Assembly (NCBI GenBank): GCA_903919145.1
Contig: CAIXGW010000063.1
Coordinates: 8,253 to 72,252, forward strand
Source of the DNA: an uncultured Myxococcales bacterium
GTDB taxonomy: Bacteria > Myxococcota_A > UBA9042
Reading direction: 5' to 3'
DNA: 64,000 nt
This document shows, piece by piece, positions 18,815-28,304 of this stretch. The number at the start of each line of letters is the position of its first letter. Position 1 is the stretch's first letter. The notes beneath the pieces were generated by a model. The model searched no databases and had not been told where the DNA came from. It was given only the letters and a program-made list of their open reading frames with translations. The position numbers were made by a program, and so were the translations under genes.

Positions 18815-20124
18815 TCAGCGAGAAATATCGCCAGCCCATCCGCTCGCTGGCAGCGCTGCTGGCGGCGCTGTTGCCGTTGGTGGCGGCCCCAGGCGCAGCC
18901 GAGCCGGTCGCCCGCCCCGCCAAGAGGCTGGCCCACCCGCGCCCCAGCCGGTCGCGGCTGGCTCGGCTACGCCCGAGCACGGTGGGCGCAGCGCGGCCGG
19001 CCAGCTCCGCCGCTGAGGCAGCCGAGGTTCCCTTAGGCCAGTTGGCCTCTGATCTTGTGGTAGAATTTGTTCCGGCAGCGCAAGAACCACTGCCTACCGC
19101 TGCGCCTACCCCTGCCGGCGTCAGCGCAGAGACCCGCACCAACTACTACTTTGACAACGACCACAACCGCATCGTGACCCCCACCGTCCGCGTCGCCGCC
19201 GATCTAGGCGAGCGCTGGGCCGTCGCTGCCCATGCCGCGGTCGACATGATGACCTGCGCCTCGGTCGATGTGGTGAGTGCGGCGACTTCCAAGGGCTATT
19301 TCCAAGAAAACCGCCAGGAGTACGGCGCCTCGGTCACGGCCAAGCAAGAGCAGCTCAACATCACCCTGGGCGCCAGCCACTCGCAAGAGAATGACTACGC
19401 CTCGGCAACGGGGTCCATTGCAGTCAGCGACGAATTTGCCAAGCGAAATACAACACTATCTCTGGCCTACAGCTTTACCGGCTCTGACGTCGGCCGCGCC
19501 CACGACCCCACCTTTGTCCGCAGCCTAGACAGCCATGCCCTGACCGCCTCTTGGACGCAGGTGCTCGGCCGCGCCTGGGTCGGCCAGCTCAGCGGTTTTG
19601 TTGGCGTGCTCGACGGCTTTCAGTCCAGCGTCTACCGCTTTGTCCACTATGCCGACGGCACCTCTGGCCCCGAGGTGGCGCCCGATCTGCGCGTCCGCCA
19701 AGCCGTCGCCGCCGAGGTGCGCGGCGCCCTCAGCCAGACCTGGTTCAGCGGCGCCAGCTACCGCCTGTACAGCGACACCTGGGGCGTGCTTTCTCACACT
19801 GGCGAGGTAACGCTTTCGCACGCCCCGACCGACTGGCTGAATCTGCGGCTGCGCGACCGCGTTTATACCCAGCGCGGCGCCGGCTTCTACCAGGCCGTCT
19901 ATGACAAGCCCATGCGCTACAGAACGATTGATCGAGAACTCGGCACCATGTATGGCAATCTGATCGGAGTCAAGGCGGCCATCGACCTCGGCAGCCCCGC
20001 CAGCACCAGCAGCTGGCAGCTGGACCTCAAGTACGACTGGATGTGGCAGCACTTTGACGATTTCCGCTGGCTCCCAGAACGAACAATGTCAATGATTGAG
20101 GCGGGATTGCAGTACACATTTTGA
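18805..20124 (+). CDS. DUF3570-family outer-membrane beta-barrel protein
   Basis: TTG at 18805 with GGAGG at 18794, overlapping the DUF4266 end. Motifs VDVVSAAT, SQENDY, KRNTTL, YRLYSDTWG and a C-terminal Phe (YTF). Confidence 0.85.
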   Translation: MQLISEKYRQPIRSLAALLAALLPLVAAPGAAEPVARPAKRLAHPRPSRSRLARLRPSTVGAARPASSAAEAAEVPLGQLASDLVVEFVPAAQEPLPTAAPTPAGVSAETRTNYYFDNDHNRIVTPTVRVAADLGERWAVAAHAAVDMMTCASVDVVSAATSKGYFQENRQEYGASVTAKQEQLNITLGASHSQENDYASATGSIAVSDEFAKRNTTLSLAYSFTGSDVGRAHDPTFVRSLDSHALTASWTQVLGRAWVGQLSGFVGVLDGFQSSVYRFVHYADGTSGPEVAPDLRVRQAVAAEVRGALSQTWFSGASYRLYSDTWGVLSHTGEVTLSHAPTDWLNLRLRDRVYTQRGAGFYQAVYDKPMRYRTIDRELGTMYGNLIGVKAAIDLGSPASTSSWQLDLKYDWMWQHFDDFRWLPERTMSMIEAGLQYTF

Positions 20125-20224
20125 TAAAGCCGCTTTCGAGTTGTGACTATGTCCATTACTTGCAATAGTAATTTGAATCCACAGGCCTAAACCTACGCCC
20201 TCCCCAGCCCCCTCTGAGGTCAAC

Positions 20225-20743
20225 ATGCTTGCTGCGATCCTCTCTGCTGTGGCCTCTTGGCTATTGATGACCCCTGCTGCAGGAGCGCTGCCGCTGGCCG
20301 CGGGCCCGGCCGTCGCCCAGGTGGCTCCGCCGATCAAGGGCGCACTGCTCGATGGCAAAGCCTATGATCTGGCAGCGATGCGCGGCCAAGTGGTGCTGGT
20401 CGACTTCTGGGCGACTTGGTGCGAGCCGTGCAAGCTCAGCCTGCCGCGCTACGCCGCCCTGGAGCGCAAGCTGGGCAGTCAGGGCTTTCACATCCTGACG
20501 GTCAGCGTCGATGAAGAGGTCGACGTCCTGAAGCGCTTTGTCGCCGCCACCAAGCTGGGCCTGCGAGTCTTTCACGACCCCGAGTCCAAGGTGGCAGAGC
20601 GTTACCAGCCGGCCAAGATGCCCACCGCCTACCTGGTGGGCAAAGACGGCGCCATCACCTGGATCCACTCCAGTTTTGTGGTCGGCGATGAAGCCAAGGT
20701 GGAGGCCGAAGTGCTCAAGGCCCTGGCCAAGCCGGCGCCGTGA
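20225..20743 (+). CDS. TlpA-family thioredoxin-like disulfide reductase
   Basis: VDFWATWCEPC and MPTAYLV, with a signal peptide. Confidence 0.92.
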   Translation: MLAAILSAVASWLLMTPAAGALPLAAGPAVAQVAPPIKGALLDGKAYDLAAMRGQVVLVDFWATWCEPCKLSLPRYAALERKLGSQGFHILTVSVDEEVDVLKRFVAATKLGLRVFHDPESKVAERYQPAKMPTAYLVGKDGAITWIHSSFVVGDEAKVEAEVLKALAKPAP

Positions 20744-22161
20744 TCCGCTGGCGCGCGCGGTGGCTGGTTGCGCTGGCCCTGGCGCTGCCCGCAGGCTGGG
20801 TCGGGCAGGCTGCCGCGCTTAAGGCGCAGACCGCGCCCGCCGCCGTGCAGGTGCCGCACCCCGAGGGCGGCGGTCGGCCGGCAGTGGCCCACCTGCCCAT
20901 GAACCCAGGTGAAATTGCCGCCGTGTGGCCGGCCGCGCGGCTGTCTGCACCTCAGCGCAAGCAAGCCCAGCTCAAGCTGGTGGCCCTGGTCGGGCCCGCC
21001 GCTGGCTACACCACGGCGCAGCTGGACGCCCTGGCCCGCCAGTTGCTGCTGCAGACGGCGCCACTGGCCATCGCCGCCGTGCCGCAAGAGGTGGACGGTC
21101 TGGTCATCGACGCGGCCAACCACTGGCTGTTTGCCGGGCGAATGCGCGACCGCTTGGCCAACAGCTCGGCAGAGTATCAGCTCTTTCGCGCCCCTATCAT
21201 GAGCACCGCCATCGAAGTGCTGCTGCCCAAGGGCCCCGATGCCCAGCGCCAAGCAGACGGCGTGTTTGGCATTTTTCGCCAATTAGAACAACAGCTTAAT
21301 GAGTGGAAGCCGGGCTCGCCCATCGCGGAGGTCAATCGCCTGGCCGGCAGCGCCGCCGTGCAGGTCGATGCCGACGCCATCGCGCTGCTGAACCAGGCCC
21401 TGGAAGTCAGCAGGCGCACCGGCGGCGCCTTTGACCCGACCTGGGCGGCCCTGTGGGGAGTCTGGGATTTCTCTGACCACAGCCAGGGCCTTGTGCCCGA
21501 TCCCGCTGAGATCGCCAGGCGAATCCCCCTCATTGACTACCGCAAGGTGGTGGTGAACCCGCAGGCCTCCACCGTTGCGCTGCCCGTCGCCGGCATGAAG
21601 CTGGGCCTGGGCGGCATCGCCAAGGGTTGGGCGCTGGCCCGCGCCGGCCGCTGGCTGAAAGAGCAGGGCGCACCCAGCTTTTCGCTGTCAGCCGGCGGCC
21701 AGGTGCTGGTCGGTGGTCGGCATGGGGCTCGACCGTGGCGGGTCGGGCTGCGCCATCCGCGCGGTGCCCCGCAGGCGGTGCTGGCAGTGCTCGACCTGAG
21801 CGACGCCTCCATCTCGACCAGTGGCGACTACGAGCATTACTTTGAGCGCAACGGCGTGCGCTACCACCACATCATTGACCCGCACACTGGCCAGCCGACG
21901 CGGGGCCTGCAAAGCGCATCGGTAGTGGCCGCCGATGCCACCCTGGCCGACGCGCTGTCTACCGCGCTGATGGTCCTGGGCCGCCAGCGGGCCCTGGCGC
22001 TGGTCGCCGCTTGGCCTGGCGTCGAATGCGCCCTGGTCGACGATGCAGGGCGCCTGTGGCTCAGCAAGGGCCTGCAGGGCAAGGTGACGCCAGTGCCCTC
22101 AGCCAGCGCGGTCAAACCGGGCAAAGTGCATAGAGAAGCTGGCGCGCCCCTGGGTCTGTGA
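20740..22161 (+). CDS. apbE: FAD:protein FMN transferase ApbE with an N-terminal extension
   Basis: GAFDPT, LGGIAKGWA, STSGDYE, YHHIIDPHTG and ADALSTA. GTGA overlap with tlpA. Confidence 0.93.
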   Translation: MIRWRARWLVALALALPAGWVGQAAALKAQTAPAAVQVPHPEGGGRPAVAHLPMNPGEIAAVWPAARLSAPQRKQAQLKLVALVGPAAGYTTAQLDALARQLLLQTAPLAIAAVPQEVDGLVIDAANHWLFAGRMRDRLANSSAEYQLFRAPIMSTAIEVLLPKGPDAQRQADGVFGIFRQLEQQLNEWKPGSPIAEVNRLAGSAAVQVDADAIALLNQALEVSRRTGGAFDPTWAALWGVWDFSDHSQGLVPDPAEIARRIPLIDYRKVVVNPQASTVALPVAGMKLGLGGIAKGWALARAGRWLKEQGAPSFSLSAGGQVLVGGRHGARPWRVGLRHPRGAPQAVLAVLDLSDASISTSGDYEHYFERNGVRYHHIIDPHTGQPTRGLQSASVVAADATLADALSTALMVLGRQRALALVAAWPGVECALVDDAGRLWLSKGLQGKVTPVPSASAVKPGKVHREAGAPLGL

Positions 22162-24186
22162 CCGCAGCTCGCTGGCATAGCCAAACATCTGCCGCAGCGG
22201 CGCTTCGGCCTGGACGACCCGCAGCCCGGCCGCTCGCTCCAGCACATCGCTGACCACGCCGCGGCGACTGCTCAGCGTCGCCAGCGCATCGCCCAGATAC
22301 TCGGCCGGCGCCGTCACCTCTATGGCCATGATGGGCTCCAGCATCACCGGCCCGGCTTTCAGCACCGCTTCGCGCACGGCCTTGGCGGTGGCAATCTGGT
22401 AGGCCATGGGCCTGGACTGACCGTCTCTCCAGTGGCCCTCCAGCAGGGTCACCCTCAGGTCATCCAGGGGATAGCCTTCTACCACGCCCGCCTGCATGGC
22501 ATCGTGGGCCCCCTGGCGGCAGGCCTGCGCCGTCTCGCCTTGCTGAAAGTGGCGGTCCAGCAGACCCGCATCCACGGCAAACTCAAAGCCGGCGCCGCGC
22601 GGCCGCGGCTCGACCCGCACCCGCACCGAGCCAAACAGCTGGACCTCCTCGCCGTGGCGCTCGGCCAGATGCCTCTCAAAAGTCCCTGTGGCTTCAGCGG
22701 TTTTGCCCACCGTCTCTCTCAGCATCACCTGCGGCTTGCCGGCGCGCACGTCCAGGCCAAAGGTCCGCCGCAGCCGGTCCACCGCCACCTCCAGGTGCAG
22801 CTCGCCCATGCCGCTGAGGATCAGCTCGCCGGTCTCCTTGTCTTCGCCGCTGCGCAGGGTCGGATCCTCGTCGGTCAGCTTGGCCAGGGCCTCGATCAGG
22901 CCTTCGCGGTCCTTGAGTGCCGCCGGCTCAATGGCCTGGCTGATCACCGGCTCGTAGTCCGTCAGCGTCTCCAGGATCAGCGGATGGTGGGTGTCGGCCA
23001 AGGTATCGCCCGTCATGGTCTTTTTCAGGCCCATCACCGCGCAGATCTGCCCGGCCGCCACGCTGATCACCCGGGTCTTCTGAACGGCGTGCAGCAACAG
23101 CAGCCGCGACACCTTCTCGCTGACCCCGCGCGCCGGGTTCCACACCTCGTCGCCTTCGCGCAGCGTGCCCGAGTACAGGCGCAGGAACACAAACCGCCGC
23201 CCCTCATCCAGCGCAGAGACCTTGAACGCCAGCGCGCACAGGGGCCCCTGGGCATCAGCGGGTCGCCGCTCCGTCTCGCCGCTGCGCGGATGCACGCCCG
23301 CGATGGCCGGCACGTCAAGGGGCGACGGCAGCCAGGCGCAGATCGCATCCAACAGCGGCGGAATCCCGCAGTTGCGCAGCGCCGAGCCGCACAGCACCGC
23401 CACAAACTGCCCGGCGATGGTCGCGCGGCGGATCGCCTGGCTGAGCTCGGAGGGGTCCAGGTCGCGGCCCTCCAGGTAGGCGTCGGCCACGGCCTCATCG
23501 GCATCTGCAAGTACTTCAATCAGTTCCTGACGGCGCTGCTCCTGATCGGCCGTCAGCCCCGGTTCCTCGGTCACGACCCGCGGATCCTCTTCATCGGGAA
23601 AGCGCAGTTGCCGGCGGTGGACCAGGTCGGCGCAGCCCTGCAGATCGCCCTCGCTGCCCAGCGGCCACTGCACCGCGGCGATCTTCTTGCCCTGCGGGCT
23701 GGCGCCAAAGTGCTGCCGCAGCGACGCCAGGGTCTTGGCAAAGTCCGCTCCTACCCGGTCCATCTTGTTGGCAAAGGCGATGCGCGGCACCTGCCAGCGG
23801 TCGGCCTGCCGCCACACCGTCTCGCTTTGCGGTTCCACGCCATTGGCCGCGTCAAAGACCGCCACTGCCCCATCCAGCACCCGCAGCGACCGCTCTACCT
23901 CGACGGTAAAATCCACGTGGCCCGGGGTGTCGATCAGGTGCAACTCGTGGTCGCGCCAGCCCATGCTGGTGGCCGCCGAGGTGATGGTGATGCCGCGCTC
24001 GCGCTCTTGGGGCATCCAGTCGAGCACGGCCTCGCCATCGTGCACTTCGCCCATGCGGTAGCTGCGGCCGGCGACAAACAGCAGCCGCTCGCTGACGGTG
24101 GTCTTGCCTGCGTCGATGTGGGCCATGATGCCCAGGTTGCGAACCATGCGCAGCGGCACGGAATTTGGGGAGTCCTTGTGGCTCAT
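22099..24186 (-). CDS. fusA: Elongation factor G paralogue (stand-alone)
   Basis: AHIDAGKTT, ERGITI, DTPGHVDF, NKMDR, GMGELHL and LRSQTQGR. Not in an rpsL-rpsG-tuf context. Confidence 0.93.
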   Translation of the reverse strand: MSHKDSPNSVPLRMVRNLGIMAHIDAGKTTVSERLLFVAGRSYRMGEVHDGEAVLDWMPQERERGITITSAATSMGWRDHELHLIDTPGHVDFTVEVERSLRVLDGAVAVFDAANGVEPQSETVWRQADRWQVPRIAFANKMDRVGADFAKTLASLRQHFGASPQGKKIAAVQWPLGSEGDLQGCADLVHRRQLRFPDEEDPRVVTEEPGLTADQEQRRQELIEVLADADEAVADAYLEGRDLDPSELSQAIRRATIAGQFVAVLCGSALRNCGIPPLLDAICAWLPSPLDVPAIAGVHPRSGETERRPADAQGPLCALAFKVSALDEGRRFVFLRLYSGTLREGDEVWNPARGVSEKVSRLLLLHAVQKTRVISVAAGQICAVMGLKKTMTGDTLADTHHPLILETLTDYEPVISQAIEPAALKDREGLIEALAKLTDEDPTLRSGEDKETGELILSGMGELHLEVAVDRLRRTFGLDVRAGKPQVMLRETVGKTAEATGTFERHLAERHGEEVQLFGSVRVRVEPRPRGAGFEFAVDAGLLDRHFQQGETAQACRQGAHDAMQAGVVEGYPLDDLRVTLLEGHWRDGQSRPMAYQIATAKAVREAVLKAGPVMLEPIMAIEVTAPAEYLGDALATLSSRRGVVSDVLERAAGLRVVQAEAPLRQMFGYASELRSQTQGRASFSMHFARFDRAG

Positions 24187-24231
24187 GGTCCTCCAGCGGT
24201 TGCCGGGCGACAGCAGGCCAGCAGCAGTCGC

Positions 24232-25455
24232 CTACCCCAGCTCTACATACACCAATTCCACCATGCGCCGCAGTGCCTGCTCGACGACCTTGGTCTCTGG
24301 GTGGCGCAGCAGCGCGTAACCGTCGCCTTCATAGCTGGTGCTGGGTCGAGCACCGATGTGCGGCAGCTTGAGCTCGACAACTAGGTGTCCTACCTCGCGT
24401 TGAGCCTGCTCCAGCCCGTGGATCGCCTTGATTCTGCCCCGGCCCTGACCGCGAAAGAACGCGGCGCCCGCTGCAAATTTGCGCTGGGGCGGCGTGAACT
24501 GGCCGTGACACATCAGCAGCGCCCAGGCGCGGTACAGGTCAAAATCACAGGCCAGGCTGTTGAGGGTGACGATCTGCGCCCCTGGCGGCCGCGCGGCGAT
24601 CTCGCTGATGGCCAACCGCCCGTCTGGCCTGCGGAACCACTCCATGTGCGACATACCGGTGTCCATGCCCAGCGCCTGCAAAGCCGCATAGCCGGCCTTG
24701 CGCACGTCGTCATAGCGCGGGTCCTCGACCTCTTTGGGCAGCAACACGCACCACTGGATCCACGGATTGCGCACCACGTCCAAAGGGTTGGGCAAGTAGC
24801 GGGTCAGCGAGTGCCACAGCGGCTTGCCGGCCAGGCTTAGGACTTCAAAGCTGAACTCGTCTCCGGTGACAAATTCCTCAATCACCGCCGGGCGCAGGTC
24901 AGAGGGCCGAACCACCAGCAGGGCTTCGGCCAGGTCCTTGTCTCCATCGACGCGGAACGTCCCCTTGGACCCGGCGCCTTCGCGCGGCTTAAGCACCAGC
25001 GGATAGCCGACCTTGGCAGCAAACTGCCACGCATCAGAAGACGACTTGACCTCGTGGTGTCTCGCACACGGCAGGCCCGCGCTCTGCAGCACGTCCTTCA
25101 TCTGGGCCTTGTCGCGAAAATTGCGCGCCGCCACCGGGCTCAAGCCGCCCAGCCCCAAAGAGGCCCGCACGTCTGCCAGTTGCACCTGAATGTGCTCCAG
25201 GGCGCCAAACAGCTTGTCTACCTTGCCGTGCTTGCTCTGGATCAGCCGCACGCCGCGCTCGATGTGGCGGGCGTCCATCGCATCCTCCACTTGGCAGAAG
25301 CCGGCCAGCAGCTTGCGCAGGTCATCGGGGACCTTGTACGGCGCTTCCTGGCTCAGCAAAGAGCAGCGCACGTCTGGCGTCGCGGCCACCGCCCTGACAA
25401 AGCGCAAGGTGGTGTCCATGAAAAACGGGGCGACAAACACGACGTGAAGGGGCAT
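24232..25455 (-). CDS. ATP-grasp domain protein (putative amide ligase)
   Basis: FRDKAQMK, GYPLVLKPREGAGS, IEEFVTGDE, HMEWF and SEIAARPPG. Confidence 0.88.
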   Translation of the reverse strand: MPLHVVFVAPFFMDTTLRFVRAVAATPDVRCSLLSQEAPYKVPDDLRKLLAGFCQVEDAMDARHIERGVRLIQSKHGKVDKLFGALEHIQVQLADVRASLGLGGLSPVAARNFRDKAQMKDVLQSAGLPCARHHEVKSSSDAWQFAAKVGYPLVLKPREGAGSKGTFRVDGDKDLAEALLVVRPSDLRPAVIEEFVTGDEFSFEVLSLAGKPLWHSLTRYLPNPLDVVRNPWIQWCVLLPKEVEDPRYDDVRKAGYAALQALGMDTGMSHMEWFRRPDGRLAISEIAARPPGAQIVTLNSLACDFDLYRAWALLMCHGQFTPPQRKFAAGAAFFRGQGRGRIKAIHGLEQAQREVGHLVVELKLPHIGARPSTSYEGDGYALLRHPETKVVEQALRRMVELVYVELG

Positions 25456-25597
25456 AGCGGATCCTTGGCGCCGGCTGAGTCGGGCGCCCATCGGGGTAGT
25501 GGGGCTTTGGGTGGCCACCCAGCAACTTCAACGTCCTGGCAGCTGGACCAGCGGCGAGTCAGCCAGAGGCGGTGTCCGTTGCTTGTTGGCGATGGCC

Positions 25598-27037
25598 CTA
25601 GGCCTTCTTCTTGGCGGACTTCTTCTTGGCGGCGGGCTCGGCCAGCACCAGCGGCTCCGCTTGGGTCGGCGGCACTGGCTCTGAAACCGGGTCTGAAACC
25701 GGCTCTGACGCTGGCACCGAAGCTGGCCCTGGCTCTGCCGCAACCACCGCTGGCACGCCGCCCAGCCGCTGCTCGCGCTTGGCCTTGACCGCAGCCATGC
25801 GATCGACCTCGGTCTTGCGCCAGAACTGGACCAGACCAAAGAAGTGATCGGTAAACTGCTCGACCTCGTGGGCGGGAAACAGGGCCGCGACCTTGGCCCG
25901 CACGATCTCCTTGGCCTTGGGGGTGCCAAAAAAGTTCCAGACGACTTCGTCCAGATGCGGCAGGTGGCGATCGCAGAACTCGACAAACCGGTCCGTCTCA
26001 AACCGCTGGTGGGCGATCTTGGCGTATTCGCGCAGCCGGTCGTCAAAGCTCAGATCCTTCTTGGCCACCGCGTAATACGGCGCCCAGTCCAGGTTGGGCT
26101 TGAATTCGCGCTTGGTGGCGGCGCAGAACAGCGACCACTTGATCATGTTCTTGACCATGATCGGGAAGTGGTAGTGCAGAGACGTGACCTGAAAGTCCGG
26201 GCAGGCGTTGGCAAAATCGATGGGGTAGAAGGTGCCGTTCTGGCGCAGCGACTCGCAGGAATTGAACTCCCACTGAAAGAAGCTGTTGATGGTCAAGCAC
26301 ATGTCGCTCAGCTGCTGGTACTCGGCGCCATCGACAAAGTTGAAGCCCACCTCGTACCGGCTGTGCAGCGGCGCGTCGGGGTTGTACTTGACGATGTGCG
26401 TCTGCGGTCCAATGCCAATGGCCCGCACAAACAGGTCAAAGGGCGCCACGGCCTTTTGCACGTGCATGAGGCGCTGGCCCGACTTCTCATAGGCGGCGCG
26501 CAGTTCTTGATCGTTGTTGATCTTGGTCACGCCAACCCAGGCGCCGCCGTCATAGGGCTTCATGAACACCGGGTAGCCCAGGTTCTGGCCGACCTTGGTC
26601 AGATCAAACAGCCGGGCGTAGCGGGTCAGCGTGGTCTTGGCGTCGCCCAGGTCGGGGCTGTACTCCTTGGGCGGCACCATCCACGTCTCTGGCACCGGCA
26701 GGCCCAGGTGCATCATGGCCGCGTAGGAAGTGTGCTTCTCCATGGACTGCAAAGACCACGGATTATTGAGCACATACAAGCCGTCCATGATCACGGCCTT
26801 CTTGATCCACTCGCGGGTGGTCTGGTACCAGTGGGTCAGGCGGTCGACCACCACGTCGTACTTGACCGGTTGCTTGAGGTTGAAGGGCTCAATGGACACC
26901 CGGTCGATGTCAAAGCTCACCGTGTCGCCGTCGATAGGCAAAGACAGCTTGAGTTGCTTGATGATTTCTTCATAGGCCGCAGGCCAGCACAAGTCAGCAC
27001 CTAGCGACAAACCGATTTTCCGCGTGACGTTGGCCAT
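25598..27037 (-). CDS. ATP-grasp (RimK-like) protein
   Basis: NNPWS..EKH, GYPVFMKPYDGGAWVGV and FNSCE..PIDFANACPD, with a low-complexity tail. Confidence 0.85.
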   Translation of the reverse strand: MANVTRKIGLSLGADLCWPAAYEEIIKQLKLSLPIDGDTVSFDIDRVSIEPFNLKQPVKYDVVVDRLTHWYQTTREWIKKAVIMDGLYVLNNPWSLQSMEKHTSYAAMMHLGLPVPETWMVPPKEYSPDLGDAKTTLTRYARLFDLTKVGQNLGYPVFMKPYDGGAWVGVTKINNDQELRAAYEKSGQRLMHVQKAVAPFDLFVRAIGIGPQTHIVKYNPDAPLHSRYEVGFNFVDGAEYQQLSDMCLTINSFFQWEFNSCESLRQNGTFYPIDFANACPDFQVTSLHYHFPIMVKNMIKWSLFCAATKREFKPNLDWAPYYAVAKKDLSFDDRLREYAKIAHQRFETDRFVEFCDRHLPHLDEVVWNFFGTPKAKEIVRAKVAALFPAHEVEQFTDHFFGLVQFWRKTEVDRMAAVKAKREQRLGGVPAVVAAEPGPASVPASEPVSDPVSEPVPPTQAEPLVLAEPAAKKKSAKKKA

Positions 27038-27052
27038 GGGCGTCCTCTCATG

Positions 27053-27129
27053 ATGGGTTTAAGCGGGCAAAGTGGGTTCAAGCGGGCAAAGTGGGTTCAG
27101 GCGGGCAAAGTGGGTCTAAGCGGGCAAAG
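27053..27129. repeat. 19-bp tandem repeat AAGCGGGCAAAGTGGGTTC, about 4 units
   Basis: Units start at 27061, 27080, 27099 and 27118, immediately upstream of the ATP-grasp pair. Confidence 0.85.
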
Positions 27130-27317
27130 AAGGAGCAGGCGGGCAGGGGCCCGCAGAGGGCAAGCAGGCGGTGCAAGCCAGAGTCACAAGTCCCAAAGGA
27201 TCCGGCAGTTGCAGGGCAATGGCTCCAAGCGATCCAAAGGGCGGCTGCGGGCGTGCATCGTAAGGGATTTGCCAGAATCTGGCTACCGCACGCCGACCCG
27301 TCCCAGCGAGCGGAAAC

Positions 27318-28304
27318 CTACTGCGGCAGCGTCCTGACACAGCGAAAGCCAATGTACTCTACGCGCACCGGCGGCCCATAGGCGCTGCGGAACGCATGGC
27401 TGGCCTCGCCGCTGCCGTAGCGAAAGTTGCCGCCGCGAAAGACCCGGTTGTCGCCAGCTTTGGGGCCCACGGGGTCGGCCACGGCTTGGCTGGGGTACTC
27501 GCCCTGCCAGTCCCACACCCACTCGCCGGCGTTACCAAGCATGTCAAACAAACCAAACGCATTAGCAAGCTTGCCTTTGACGGCGTGGGGCTTTAGCTCT
27601 GAGTTCTCATCAAACCAAGCGTAATCTATAATGTTCTTTGGCGCCTGTTCGGTCGAACCGCCGCGAGAGGCGTACTCCCATTCGGCCTCGGTGGGCAGCC
27701 GATAGCCGGTGCACGCCAGCCCCTCGGGCCAGGCGACCGCAAAGCCGTCGATGCGATAACACTGCGCCAAGCCTTGTCTTTTAGACAGGTCGTTGCAGTA
27801 CGTCGCCGCCTGGTACCAAGACACCATGGCCGCCGGGCACTGCTGGCAGGGGCTGAGCTGATCCCCAGAAGTTGACATCAATTCGCCGTATTGCTTAACG
27901 GTCACCTCGGTGGACATCATCTCAAACGGCCGGGTAATCACCACCTGGTGCAGCTGGGCATCGTTGTAGCCGGGCCCGGCCTGCTCGGCGCTCAGCCCCA
28001 TGGCAAACTGGCCCGGCGCCACCGCGACAAAACCTGGGGTCAGCGTCGCCTTGATGCGCTGCAATTCTGAGTCTTTGCGTTGGGGCTCCTCAGGCTTGGC
28101 CAGGGGAAGGGCTGCGGCCTTCTGGCTGTCTGCAGGGACGGCGACGGCAGCGCCCGGGGCCAGCGCGGCACCCTCCTGCGGCGCGGCTTGCGCGCGGTCC
28201 GCGGCAGTCGGCTTGCATGCGACCGCCACCGCACCAATGACCAGCGCCCAGACCGCCGCTTGCGAGCCAAGGCCAAGGTTCAGTCTGGCCAATTCTCTAC
28301 CCAT
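27318..28304 (-). CDS. Formylglycine-generating-enzyme-like (FGE-sulfatase/SUMF1) domain lipoprotein
   Basis: TEVT, VSWYQA..YC, YRLPTEAEWEYA, NAFGLFDMLGNAGEW and IGFRCV. Confidence 0.92.
   Translation of the reverse strand: MGRELARLNLGLGSQAAVWALVIGAVAVACKPTAADRAQAAPQEGAALAPGAAVAVPADSQKAAALPLAKPEEPQRKDSELQRIKATLTPGFVAVAPGQFAMGLSAEQAGPGYNDAQLHQVVITRPFEMMSTEVTVKQYGELMSTSGDQLSPCQQCPAAMVSWYQAATYCNDLSKRQGLAQCYRIDGFAVAWPEGLACTGYRLPTEAEWEYASRGGSTEQAPKNIIDYAWFDENSELKPHAVKGKLANAFGLFDMLGNAGEWVWDWQGEYPSQAVADPVGPKAGDNRVFRGGNFRYGSGEASHAFRSAYGPPVRVEYIGFRCVRTLPQ

Noticed and set aside
22432-24384. 650-aa plus-strand ORF
   Set aside because: Antisense shadow of the EF-G paralogue.
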